DNA of 64,000 nucleotides, taken from NCBI GenBank assembly GCA_030647205.1, contig JAUSJO010000003.1, positions 10,602 through 74,601 of the forward strand. The letters run 5' to 3'. The notes under the pieces are model-generated. The model was not told the DNA's origin. It saw only the letters and a list, made by a program, of their open reading frames with translations, and searched no databases. This document shows, piece after piece, positions 30,114 to 38,965 of the stretch (position 1 is the stretch's first letter; the number at the start of each line of letters is the position of its first letter). The stretch comes from a bacterium (GTDB taxonomy: Bacteria; Patescibacteriota; CPR2; UBA1875; JAJYID01). The position numbers and the translations under genes are program-made.

Positions 30114-30190
30114 GGTTTACCTTTCTTTTTCTAAACAACCGTCCGATTATACTACAAAAGTGTATCTTTGTCAACGGTTTTTTGAGAATG

Positions 30191-30840
30191 AAAAAAGGCG
30201 GATTAAATCCGCCCCTTAAGATGCTTTGGTTGGCCCGACACAGCGAGCAATATTGTATATTTTGCATCAACTGTGTCGGGCTAGACCCTGATATTTCCTC
30301 GAATGGGATATTTCTAGGGGACTACGCCACTCGTGGAAACTTTTACGGAGAAATCTCCGATTGTTTTCTAGGTACCAACCTTGTCAGGAGGCACCTAGGC
30401 TCGGGATAGAGAGTATTTTTAAGACAAATACGTCTCAACTCTCTTGCTCTGATCCTTGGAGTCTTCTCGGACACCAAGAAAGTTTTTTCTTTGCGGTTCA
30501 CCGAACTATTGTTTCCCAGCAAATTAGTTCAGTTAAGCCCTTATGGCCTAAAGGGTGAACCGCCAAACAGAAGAAAAAATCCTTCCGTGTTATTGTCAGA
30601 GGGTGTGGTTCGATAAGGAACAGTCAAGTATCGAATCCACACCTCTGGTCGCAAGCCCTCGGCTAAATTAACTTCTCACCGAGGAAACTTTTTTCAATCA
30701 AGGTTCGAGCCGGCCGCCTGCCGTTAACAAATAGATTTGGGCTTACCGCCCCTTATCTGTCACATGCTACCCGTAAGTGTCACTGCTTGATGCTATTGCT
30801 TCTTTTGTGATGCTATAGAGGATGACAGGCGGCCGACCGA
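30191..30840 (-). ncRNA. Candidate large structured RNA (~650 nt)
   Basis: TTGACA(30869-74)-17-TAGAAT(30846-51); several 9-19 bp stems; boxA-like 30697-30706; terminator GGCGGAT/ATCCGCC+T6; no ORF of 60 aa or more on this strand. Confidence 0.65.
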
Positions 30841-30954
30841 AACTTATTCTATATCCCCTTGTGTTTAATGTCAATATTTTTGCTTCTTCACTAGGTGGCT
30901 AACTTCTGATAAAATTAGTACTGTTTTATTCAGTAATAACCGTGATCGAAAACT

Positions 30955-32517
30955 ATGAAAAAGTGGCTTTGTTATGATACAACCTTGCGTGATGGTCTTC
31001 AGGAAAACGGCCGCGAGATTACTCTTCCTGATGCTATTAAATTTGCCCAGAAGCTTGATGAAATGGGCTTTTCTTGGTGCGAAGCTGGTTTTGCAAGTAG
31101 TAGTAAGGACCAGATGGATCGGATTAAGGCTCTCATTGGATTAAATTTAAAAAATACTAAAGTCTCGGCATTTGGCAGAACCAGAAGCAAAAACGAAACG
31201 GTTGAGAACGCAGTCGATCTAAATGCGATACTTGACTCCGGTGCAAAAACGGCAACTCTTGTGGGAAAAACAAGGAAAAGAGATGTAAAAAATTCGCTTC
31301 AGACAGATGAGAAAACAAACCTGGCGATGATTGCGGAAAGTATTCATTATCTAAAGTCTAAAGGATTAGGCGTAATATTTGATGCCGAGCATTTTTTCGA
31401 TGGTATGAGAGAGGATAAAGATTTTACTTTAAAAACAGTTGAGACTGCACTTGCGGCCGGCTCTGACTGGATAGTTTTGTGTGATACAAATGGCGCCTCT
31501 ACTGTAGATTTTGTTCAGGACTGTATTCAAAATGCGGCGAAAACCATCCCAATCTTGAAAATTGGGGCGCACTTCCATAATGATCGCGGACGAGGCATTG
31601 CTTGTGCTGAAACCGCGTATAAGTGCGGTATCCGTCATATCCAGGGAACCATCAACGGTTACGGTGAGAGATGCGGGAACACAGACCTCTCTACTCTGAT
31701 CCCGAATCTTTATTTTGACGAGAACGCGGCTTGCTTAAAAGATGGAAAACTCGACCAGCTCTCTCGCCTATCCCATATGACAGCGGAGTTTTTGAACGCA
31801 CACCATAGAAGCAACCATCCTTGGGTTGGTACTCTTTCCGGATATACCGAGGCCGGTATGCATACGTCTGGTATGCTTCGAGATCCTAAATCATATATTC
31901 ATGCGGACTTAAGTAAGGTTGGAAATCGCGCTTCTTTTGGGGTTTCTGAGCAGTCCGGCAAGTCGAGTATAGTGGTTAAGTCAAAGGAACTTGGATTTAA
32001 TCTAAATAAAGATGAGATAGCAAAACTAGCAAGACTTCACACTGAAATGTTGCATGCCGGTTACAGTTTTGCGGGAGCAGATGCATCCTTTTATCTTTTA
32101 GTATTGAAGGCGCTGGGCAAAAATCACAAAGGTGAAATATTTGACTCAGGTAAGTGGGAAATCGTTTCTTCAGGAAATGGAGAAAAGGTTGCAACAAAGG
32201 CAAAAATTGAGGCAATACTAAACAAAGAAAAGATTTTTTCAAGCAGTGAGGGAAAAGGACCGGTAGATGCCCTAAACTCTGCCCTTGCCAAAATTCTTCC
32301 TAAATTCTATTCAAATTTACCAACGTTCTGCCTTACGGACTATCGGGTGAAAATCATAAATCCGGATGCCGGTACCGGAGCAAAAGTAAGGGTTATCATC
32401 GAGTCGTCAAACAGTGAAGAGACTTGGGCAACGGTTGGGGTCCACGAAAACATCATCCAGGCTTCATGGTTTGCACTTGAGCAGTCAATCGCCTATATAC
32501 TTTATAAAACTAAATAA
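30955..32517 (+). CDS. cimA: Citramalate synthase (LeuA-like DRE-TIM family)
   Basis: YDTTLRDG.Q, DAEHFFDG, LCDTNG, HFHND, NGYGERCGN, GPVDAL, W.TVGV..NII.AS. Confidence 0.85.
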   Translation: MKKWLCYDTTLRDGLQENGREITLPDAIKFAQKLDEMGFSWCEAGFASSSKDQMDRIKALIGLNLKNTKVSAFGRTRSKNETVENAVDLNAILDSGAKTATLVGKTRKRDVKNSLQTDEKTNLAMIAESIHYLKSKGLGVIFDAEHFFDGMREDKDFTLKTVETALAAGSDWIVLCDTNGASTVDFVQDCIQNAAKTIPILKIGAHFHNDRGRGIACAETAYKCGIRHIQGTINGYGERCGNTDLSTLIPNLYFDENAACLKDGKLDQLSRLSHMTAEFLNAHHRSNHPWVGTLSGYTEAGMHTSGMLRDPKSYIHADLSKVGNRASFGVSEQSGKSSIVVKSKELGFNLNKDEIAKLARLHTEMLHAGYSFAGADASFYLLVLKALGKNHKGEIFDSGKWEIVSSGNGEKVATKAKIEAILNKEKIFSSSEGKGPVDALNSALAKILPKFYSNLPTFCLTDYRVKIINPDAGTGAKVRVIIESSNSEETWATVGVHENIIQASWFALEQSIAYILYKTK

Positions 32518-32551
32518 AAAAGAGGGCGTCAATTAAAGCCCCTCTTTTTTT
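32515..32551. terminator. Bidirectional terminator
   Basis: AAAAAAGAGGG/CCCTCTTTTTT. Confidence 0.7.
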
Positions 32552-32566
32552 ATGATTCCTTTTTGT

Positions 32567-32749
32567 CTATTTTGCAGTTCTTCCAGTCTTCATATAAAGT
32601 GCATATAGTACCATACCAATTGATACAGTTGTCCACTGGCTAGATGCCAGCCAAATATCGCTGCCGGTAAAAGCGCCATAAGCTGCTAGTACTAAGCCGG
32701 CAAAAGATAAAACAAATAAATAGTCTGCATATTTTGCTAGTTCTTTCAT
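32567..32749 (-). CDS. Small two-TM membrane protein
   Basis: SD GAGGTGA; 60 aa hydrophobic. Confidence 0.7.
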   Translation of the reverse strand: MKELAKYADYLFVLSFAGLVLAAYGAFTGSDIWLASSQWTTVSIGMVLYALYMKTGRTAK

Positions 32750-32913
32750 TTTCTCATCACCTCCCCTCTGTACATAAGGATAATAACATTTTTATACTTT
32801 TGCAATATCTTTACCAAGGATACCTAACGATCTCAATTTTTGTAGTAAACCGTATTTATTTATTCGCTTTTTCAGCTTTAAAATGTATGTAGAAAAAAGG
32901 TATAATTGATTTT

Positions 32914-33486
32914 ATGAAAATGTATTTACTGCGGCACGGAGAAACCGAAGAAGCAAAGAAAAATGTTATTCTTGGGCATCTTCCGGGCACCTTGACGCAA
33001 GACGGTAAAAGATACGCCTACAGGGCTGGAGAACTAATCAATCATCTACCCGTTCCCCCGGATATTATAATAGCAAGTGGCTTAAAGAGGGCTAAAGACA
33101 CAGCCGAAATTATCGGCCAAGTTACAAAAATAACAGTCAAGTTTGATGCTCTTCTTAAGGAGCGCAAAGGCGGTGATATTGAGGGAATGAGTGATGATCA
33201 GATAGATTGGGAAAAATACGAAAGCGAAACTCAAGAATATAGAAAACACAAAAACGGTGAGAGTTTCGTGGAGGTTAGAGAAAGGGTTGATGATTTTTTA
33301 AAGAAAATTCCAAAGGATTCCAAGCAAACTATAGCTATAGTATCTCATAGTGTTGTAATTGCGATGATTATCTCTTCTGTATTAGGTTGGGGATACGAAA
33401 AATCATTGGATTTTAAGTTTGATGATTCAGTTATACTGCTAGATACAAAAAGAAAGGAAATAGCTCTAGTCCCTTTGATAGAATAA
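32914..33486 (+). CDS. Histidine phosphatase (phosphoglycerate mutase family)
   Basis: LLRHGET, RAKDTA, GES, VSH. Confidence 0.9.
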   Translation: MKMYLLRHGETEEAKKNVILGHLPGTLTQDGKRYAYRAGELINHLPVPPDIIIASGLKRAKDTAEIIGQVTKITVKFDALLKERKGGDIEGMSDDQIDWEKYESETQEYRKHKNGESFVEVRERVDDFLKKIPKDSKQTIAIVSHSVVIAMIISSVLGWGYEKSLDFKFDDSVILLDTKRKEIALVPLIE

Positions 33487-33492
33487 GAGGTA

Positions 33493-34302
33493 TTATTTTA
33501 TGCCTAGCTCTCTAGCATACTTTATTTGTGTTAACTCCTCAGCCTTTTTACCCGCCAAGTTATTACCCTTGAATGTTTGAATAGTTTTAATCTCTTCTAT
33601 ATCTATAGCGACCCTGCTTTCAGAGGCAAATATCAGGCCAGGTTCACGGACTTCTCCTTTGCATGGACCGCCTGTGATGAAACACTTACGGGCATCCATG
33701 ATGACCAGATCCGGTTGATATAGTAAATTCATCTCAACTGCTTTTTCAGATATTTTTCCCATATGCAGTTTGATGCGTTCTATCGGTTTCATGAATCCGA
33801 CAACCAGTTTGAGGGCTCCTGTAAAGTTTGCCATAGAATGGGTCTTAGCGCATGGAAGCAAAATAATCTTGTCTACCTCGTCCATTATTTTCGGGAAAGA
33901 AACAGACTTTTGATACTTTGCTCCAGGTATTTTTCTAGTTATCCATTCATGTTCATCAAATATCATTATTTCAGGAGGTTTAGATAGCTTCTCTAGGTCA
34001 TATACGCCGCCTTCTGTGAGGGTTTTCTTGGTTGTGATTGTGTGGTTCTTGATGGTAAATGTTGAACTCTCTCCCACTATAACTTTCTCTGCTCCGGCTT
34101 CATACACCAGCTCTACTATTGCTTTCAAAAAATCCGGCGCCGTGGATGCGGGGCTTTCATCTGCTGTGTTATAGTTTGGCTTGATAAGAACCGACTCACC
34201 GGATTTTATAAATTTCTCAAATCCGCCAAGGCCGTTAACTACCTCTCGTACAGATTCTTTTAGATTATCCTCAGCTTTTATCTTGCTGACTTTTTGACTC
34301 AT
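33493..34302 (-). CDS. DUF362-family protein
   Basis: VLIKPN, VGES, KTH..FTGALK, ITGGP; start moved to 34302. Confidence 0.85.
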   Translation of the reverse strand: MSQKVSKIKAEDNLKESVREVVNGLGGFEKFIKSGESVLIKPNYNTADESPASTAPDFLKAIVELVYEAGAEKVIVGESSTFTIKNHTITTKKTLTEGGVYDLEKLSKPPEIMIFDEHEWITRKIPGAKYQKSVSFPKIMDEVDKIILLPCAKTHSMANFTGALKLVVGFMKPIERIKLHMGKISEKAVEMNLLYQPDLVIMDARKCFITGGPCKGEVREPGLIFASESRVAIDIEEIKTIQTFKGNNLAGKKAEELTQIKYARELGIK

Positions 34303-34441
34303 TGTTTCCTTCGGTTTAATATGGCGTGTGCAGCTCCTTAGCCATTTTAGCATGGAAATCATTGAGTTAAAGCATGTTTTGTGTTAATATAACCTTCTTG
34401 GATGGATCTTTAAACATCAATCACGATCTTTGGAGGAGAAC

Positions 34442-34756
34442 ATGGTTGAGCCAAAGTATACAACAGAAGTAGGCAACTACATTATCGTCAGCTTGACGGG
34501 AATGCACCGCACCTATATTGCCGAGGTTACCAAGGCCGAACCTCTTCGGCTCAAAGTCATGGAAAGAGGGCCACTAGCTCACTTGAAGGAAGAGGATTTT
34601 ATCGTTCAGCAGGATGAGACTATCCAGTTGCAAGAGGGAAATAGTGATCTCCTCTTCAAGATCATGGGCGAGAGGAAGCTTTATACGGGGCTTGAGAGCA
34701 TGAATGTTATAGATGGTAAACTTCATGAAATCCTACCCAAGATGCCCGTGGCTTAG
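34442..34756 (+). CDS. Orphan hypothetical protein
   Basis: TTGAGT-17-TAATAT, boxA-like TGGATCTTTAAACA (34403-34416), SD GGAGGAG, terminator ~34768-34795. Confidence 0.7.
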   Translation: MVEPKYTTEVGNYIIVSLTGMHRTYIAEVTKAEPLRLKVMERGPLAHLKEEDFIVQQDETIQLQEGNSDLLFKIMGERKLYTGLESMNVIDGKLHEILPKMPVA

Positions 34757-34832
34757 AGATGTCCAACAAAAGGCGACCATTTTTGGCCGCCTTTTCTCTC
34801 TTTGAAAACTAGTAAGGAGGAGGAATTCGAAC

Positions 34833-35414
34833 TTATATTTCTTTGAGTTCTTGCCATACAAAATAAGTTGTTAGGTTTTTCCCTTTCTCAACATATCCTT
34901 CTGGTTTAAAGTCTTGTTGGCTGATAGTTGCTTCGAATATATGGAAAATATACTTTGTTAATAATCCGGGATAGCTTTTTGACTCTCTTTCTACAATTTT
35001 ATCTTCTTTTGATTTAATATCCGTTAAAGAAGATATACCCAGCTCTTCTTCTATGCCTCTCTCCAGAGCCTCTTGTGCACTCTCCTTGGGTTTCATTTTT
35101 TCGCCGATAGATGTGTCTATGTGTCTCTCCCTTTCCCTACCATCATTGAAAACTTGCTTATCTTCAACCAGTTTGAACTTCTTGCCCGTAGCCGCATCAT
35201 TATAAAGTATGTCTGCCTTCACAATATTAGATATTCTAGATATCTCACCATTATGATCAACTGCCAACTCAGCTTCTCCATCTCTTACCTCGTCTACCAG
35301 ATTTTCAAGCGATTTGGAACATCCTTTTCCCCATTGAGTTATATCTACCCCATGGTTTAGGAGTGTTTCTCTTATTTCTTCTATTCTGTTGTTTTCCTCA
35401 GAGGTTTCTTTCAT
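34833..35414 (-). CDS. NUDIX-like hydrolase-fold protein
   Basis: EKMKPKESAQEALERGIEEELGI resembles the Nudix box. Confidence 0.7.
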   Translation of the reverse strand: MKETSEENNRIEEIRETLLNHGVDITQWGKGCSKSLENLVDEVRDGEAELAVDHNGEISRISNIVKADILYNDAATGKKFKLVEDKQVFNDGRERERHIDTSIGEKMKPKESAQEALERGIEEELGISSLTDIKSKEDKIVERESKSYPGLLTKYIFHIFEATISQQDFKPEGYVEKGKNLTTYFVWQELKEI

Positions 35415-35534
35415 AAATAAATTATATCATAAATAAAAATAATACCTACGCGAGGCATTTATTTTAGTTTGGTTCAGCACGACGCTCGAGAACATTATAG
35501 CATTAATTTGATGAAAAATCGTCATATATAGCAA

Positions 35535-35584
35535 TTTTTGTAACATTGTATGATGAAGGAGCTTGACCTTTATTATAAAGTGTA
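35535..35584 (+). promoter_or_regulatory. Duplicated upstream element, copy 1
   Basis: TTTTTGTAACAT..ATGAAG.AGCTTGACCTTTATTATAAAGTGTA, repeated at 37264-37313. Confidence 0.75.
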
Positions 35585-35649
35585 AGCAACTTGGTTGTGG
35601 GCAAATTATTAAAGAAAGATTTTAAATTTTAATTATGGAGGAATGAAAT

Positions 35650-36621
35650 ATGAAGATATTTAATAATATTTTGGGAATATCAGCTTTATTCGCTGCCATT
35701 ATACTCGGTCTGACCGGGCCGACTAACACGCTTGCAGCTACTTCACCTACATTGGGCGCATCGGAAAGTTACTCTGTTCTGGCTGGCTCAATAGTGACTA
35801 ATACCGGTGCTACTACTATGCCCGGAAACTTGGGTATCAGTCCGAGCGTTGGAGTACCACCGCATTTTACCGGTTTTCCTCCGGGTGTTGTCGGTCCTCC
35901 GGGTGCGATACACGATGCTGACGCGGACGCCGGGTTAGCCCAAGCTGATAACACCACCGTGTTTGGCGTCCTTAGTGCGGGATCGAATGCAGCTTGTAAT
36001 GTTACTTATGCTGGCACCCAGGATCTAGCCGGATTGAGCTTGATACCAGGTGTCTATTGCGCTGATGTTTTCCAGTTATCCGGGACGCTTACTTTGAATG
36101 CTCAGGGCGACGCCAATGGGGTCTGGATTTTCCGTACTGCCGCAGAAGCTGCTGCTCTCACTACAACGCCTGGAGTTGGTGCGAATGTTCAGTTTCTTGA
36201 TGGCATTGGTTCACCCTGTAATGTTTGGTGGAAGGTTGCAAGCTCTGCGACGATAGGTTCAGGGACTGCGTTTGTGGGAAATATCCTAGCGCTCACGAGC
36301 ATTAGCTTTGGCACCGGTGCAACATTGAGCGGTCGAGCCATGGCACAAACCGGTGCGGTTACACTTGATACAAATATCATTACTAACCCTATATGTGCTG
36401 CAGTTACCCCTCCTGGCGGGACCCCAACCGGTGGTACACCGGCTGGCAATACTCTTTCTAGCGGAACCTCAACTGATACTGGTTCATCTTCTACTGCAGT
36501 GCCAAGCCTACCCGATACAGGGGCTGGTAATAGCACTTCATGGAAGGACATTGCTATATTAGCTGGTATTTTTATGGCCTCGATGCTGGTGGTTATAACC
36601 CAAAGAAAAAAGACAACTTAG
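35650..36621 (+). CDS. Ice-binding (DUF3494-like) protein with LPxTG sorting signal
   Basis: Signal peptide; YSVLAGS..TNTG.T, L.PGVY, LTLNAQGD...WIF, NVWWKVASSATIG, GNILA..SI; LPDTG + TM + RKK. Confidence 0.88.
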   Translation: MKIFNNILGISALFAAIILGLTGPTNTLAATSPTLGASESYSVLAGSIVTNTGATTMPGNLGISPSVGVPPHFTGFPPGVVGPPGAIHDADADAGLAQADNTTVFGVLSAGSNAACNVTYAGTQDLAGLSLIPGVYCADVFQLSGTLTLNAQGDANGVWIFRTAAEAAALTTTPGVGANVQFLDGIGSPCNVWWKVASSATIGSGTAFVGNILALTSISFGTGATLSGRAMAQTGAVTLDTNIITNPICAAVTPPGGTPTGGTPAGNTLSSGTSTDTGSSSTAVPSLPDTGAGNSTSWKDIAILAGIFMASMLVVITQRKKTT

Positions 36622-36633
36622 TCCGTATAAACT

Positions 36634-37248
36634 ATGAAATCGAAAATATTATCAAAGAATATAGAGCTGCCAGTTTCCCTTCTGGTTTTAGCATTCTTTG
36701 CGGTACTTATTTTCTATTTTATTCCTGAAAGACCAGTTCAGAGTGACCCGGTAACAAACATTGAAAATGCCATTGTTACTCCAAAACAAGAACAAGCGAG
36801 TTCCGGGTTGCCAGTGCGTCTCAAGATTCCAAGTGTCAATGTTGATGCGACGATAGACCAGATGGGCATTACACCAAGCGGAGCCATGGAAGTACCTAGT
36901 GGAGCTCGGAATGTAGGTTGGTTCAAGCTCGGACCACGCCCGGGTGATAAGGGCAGTGCGGTTATTGATGGACACTATGGTCGCTGGGCAAATGGAGATG
37001 GATCTGTATTTGACGATTTAAATAAGTTGAAAAAGGGAGATAAAGTATATGTCGAAGATGAAAAAGGAATAACATATACTTTTCTGGTGCGAGAATTTCG
37101 GGATTACGATCCGAAAGCGGACGCTTCCAGTGTTTTTGTCTCAAATGACGGGAAGTCACACTTAAATATTATTACTTGCGAGGGAGTTTGGAATAAAGTT
37201 TCAAAAAGTTATTCTGAACGACTAGTAGTATTTACTGATAAAGAATAG
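36634..37248 (+). CDS. Class F sortase
   Basis: PVRLKIPS, GW...RPGDKGSAVIDGH, LNIITC, downstream R. Confidence 0.9.
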   Translation: MKSKILSKNIELPVSLLVLAFFAVLIFYFIPERPVQSDPVTNIENAIVTPKQEQASSGLPVRLKIPSVNVDATIDQMGITPSGAMEVPSGARNVGWFKLGPRPGDKGSAVIDGHYGRWANGDGSVFDDLNKLKKGDKVYVEDEKGITYTFLVREFRDYDPKADASSVFVSNDGKSHLNIITCEGVWNKVSKSYSERLVVFTDKE

Positions 37249-37263
37249 CACCATACATAATAG

Positions 37264-37313
37264 TTTTTGTAACATAGCACAATGAAGAAGCTTGACCTTT
37301 ATTATAAAGTGTA
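37264..37313 (+). promoter_or_regulatory. Duplicated upstream element, copy 2
   Basis: Matches 35535-35584. Confidence 0.75.
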
Positions 37314-37354
37314 GCTAGTTTTATTTAGGGTAAATATTTAAAAGCAAGGAGAGA

Positions 37355-37738
37355 ATGATGGAAAAAGATACAAGAGAAACGGTAACTACTCGAGAAAATA
37401 ATGTTAACCCAGCAAAAAGAGACGCAACAGGTTCTCAGACGATTGCGTATTTGATATATTTCCTCTTTGGAGCGTTGGAAATACTTCTAGTTTTCAGGTT
37501 TGTTCTCAAGTTGTTAGGGGCGAGTCTTTCAAGCGGCTTTGTAAGTTCAATATACGATATATCCAGAATTTTCATCTTACCTTTTGAGGGGATATTTCGT
37601 ACGGGGACTACACAGGGAGCAGAAACAACTGCGGTTTTTGAGCCAGCAACACTGGTTGCAATCATAGTATACGCTGTTTTAGCGTGGGGGATCGTTAAGC
37701 TAATAAGTATATTCTCAGGCGAAAGGCAAGCTTCTTAG
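37355..37738 (+). CDS. YggT-like membrane protein
   Basis: LEILL.FRF.LKLLGA...FV..IY..S....PF.GIF. Confidence 0.75.
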   Translation: MMEKDTRETVTTRENNVNPAKRDATGSQTIAYLIYFLFGALEILLVFRFVLKLLGASLSSGFVSSIYDISRIFILPFEGIFRTGTTQGAETTAVFEPATLVAIIVYAVLAWGIVKLISIFSGERQAS

Positions 37739-37813
37739 CTTGTTTGATATGTTCGGCTTTGTCGACCAGATGGTTCTGTCTTATTAATGTATTAGACACG
37801 TCGAGCGCTACAT

Positions 37814-37828
37814 GCGCTCGTCTTGGTT
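37814..37828. repeat. 15-bp direct repeat of the tRNA-Gln 3' end and flank
   Basis: GCGCTCGTCTTGGTT also at 38432-38446. Confidence 0.7.
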
Positions 37829-37870
37829 GCAGCACTCCGCCCTAGAATCCTAAGGGCAATTTTTCGACTT

Positions 37871-38362
37871 CTAACTCAGATACTTTAGTAAAAAGACAGC
37901 AGAATTGTTGCTGCCATATTGGTAGTCTTTTACCCAGCCAGCATCAGAATACCCATTTTTCTGATAAAAACTCACAACCTTGTCATCACCCTTATTAGTA
38001 TATACAAACATCTTCAGTGCACCTTTATCAATTGCTTGTTTTTCAATTTCTTTTAACAGTAGCGTTCCGACGCCTTGTCCGGTCATGTTGGGGTCGACAG
38101 CCATTATTATAATAACCCACTTTTCTAAGCCTTCCTTACCGTTTATAGGGCTTTCCTGCTGGGAATAAACAAACCCAAGCAAATTTCCTTCGCCAGAAAC
38201 TGCTTTAACACAAATACCCCGTTGGGTTTCAATAGCAGTTTTCATCTCTTTGAATGAAAACCACTCAGTGACGTCAGAGTCGGCAGAGGATTGAAAAGCT
38301 TTGCCAGAAAGGATCTCGAGATCCTTGGTACCATCTTTATATTGAAATAGTTCAGTTCTCAT
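37871..38362 (-). CDS. GNAT-family acetyltransferase
   Basis: MAVDP..TGQGVGTLLL, N...FYQKNGY. Confidence 0.88.
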   Translation of the reverse strand: MRTELFQYKDGTKDLEILSGKAFQSSADSDVTEWFSFKEMKTAIETQRGICVKAVSGEGNLLGFVYSQQESPINGKEGLEKWVIIIMAVDPNMTGQGVGTLLLKEIEKQAIDKGALKMFVYTNKGDDKVVSFYQKNGYSDAGWVKDYQYGSNNSAVFLLKYLS

Positions 38363-38441
38363 GTATAAATTCTGCCACACTAGCCAAATTAGTTCTTAAT
38401 TATAAGGGTATAGGTATTACGCTCACCTATAGCGCTCGTCT

Positions 38442-38515
38442 TGGTTCGGGAGGAGGGATTCGAACCCCCGATCATGGGACCAGAACCCATTGCCTTACCG
38501 CTTGGCTACTCCCGA
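38442..38515 (-). tRNA. tRNA-Gln (anticodon CTG)
   Basis: TCGGGAG/CTCCCGA acceptor stem, D arm, ATGGG-TTCTGGT-CCCAT, GGTTCGAATCC, encoded CCA. Confidence 0.96.
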
Positions 38516-38638
38516 ACGACCGTATTATTTTATCATTTTTATGATCATTTCTCAACTCCTTGACCATAAGGGCTAAGTGTAGTAATATATTCCTTACCTA
38601 GACCTGTTATATCGACCTTTGGGGAAAGAGGTTGGCAC

Positions 38639-38896
38639 ATGGCAAAGCGTAAAACTGTTCTATTATGGATAAGCAGAGATGCTTTCCAATCTGAACTCTC
38701 GCAAAACACTAGGAGGATCCTAAGAAAGCTGTGCGTAGTCTGCAAAAAAGACACGCACCCGGATTCAGTAAAGCTGACCTTCAAAGGCGTAAGGGTCAGC
38801 AAAACCACAAATGATGATTTCCGTATCGAAACCGGCAGGAGAAGGCAAAGGCATATTATCATTCCGCGCCGTTTTGTTATGGAGTCATCGCTTTAG
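38639..38896 (+). CDS. Orphan basic protein
   Basis: TTGACC-17-TAATAT promoter, SD GAGG, terminator AGGCCGTCCAAG/CTTGGACGGCCT at ~38942-38966. Confidence 0.65.
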   Translation: MAKRKTVLLWISRDAFQSELSQNTRRILRKLCVVCKKDTHPDSVKLTFKGVRVSKTTNDDFRIETGRRRQRHIIIPRRFVMESSL

Positions 38897-38965
38897 CGAG
38901 AACATTACGTTACGTTTGTATGAAACCATTAGGTCTGGGTAAGGCCGTCCAAGCACTTGGACGGC

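Noticed and set aside
30083-30558. Plus-strand ORFs of 108 and 65 aa
   Set aside because: No SD, and they cross a promoter and terminator oriented on the minus strand
30191-30840. RNase P, tmRNA, SRP or group I/II intron identity for the large RNA candidates
   Set aside because: No GAGGAAAGTCC/ACAGAA..GGCTTA, no tRNA-like ends, no SRP GGAA/AGCAG loop and no group II domain V found by eye
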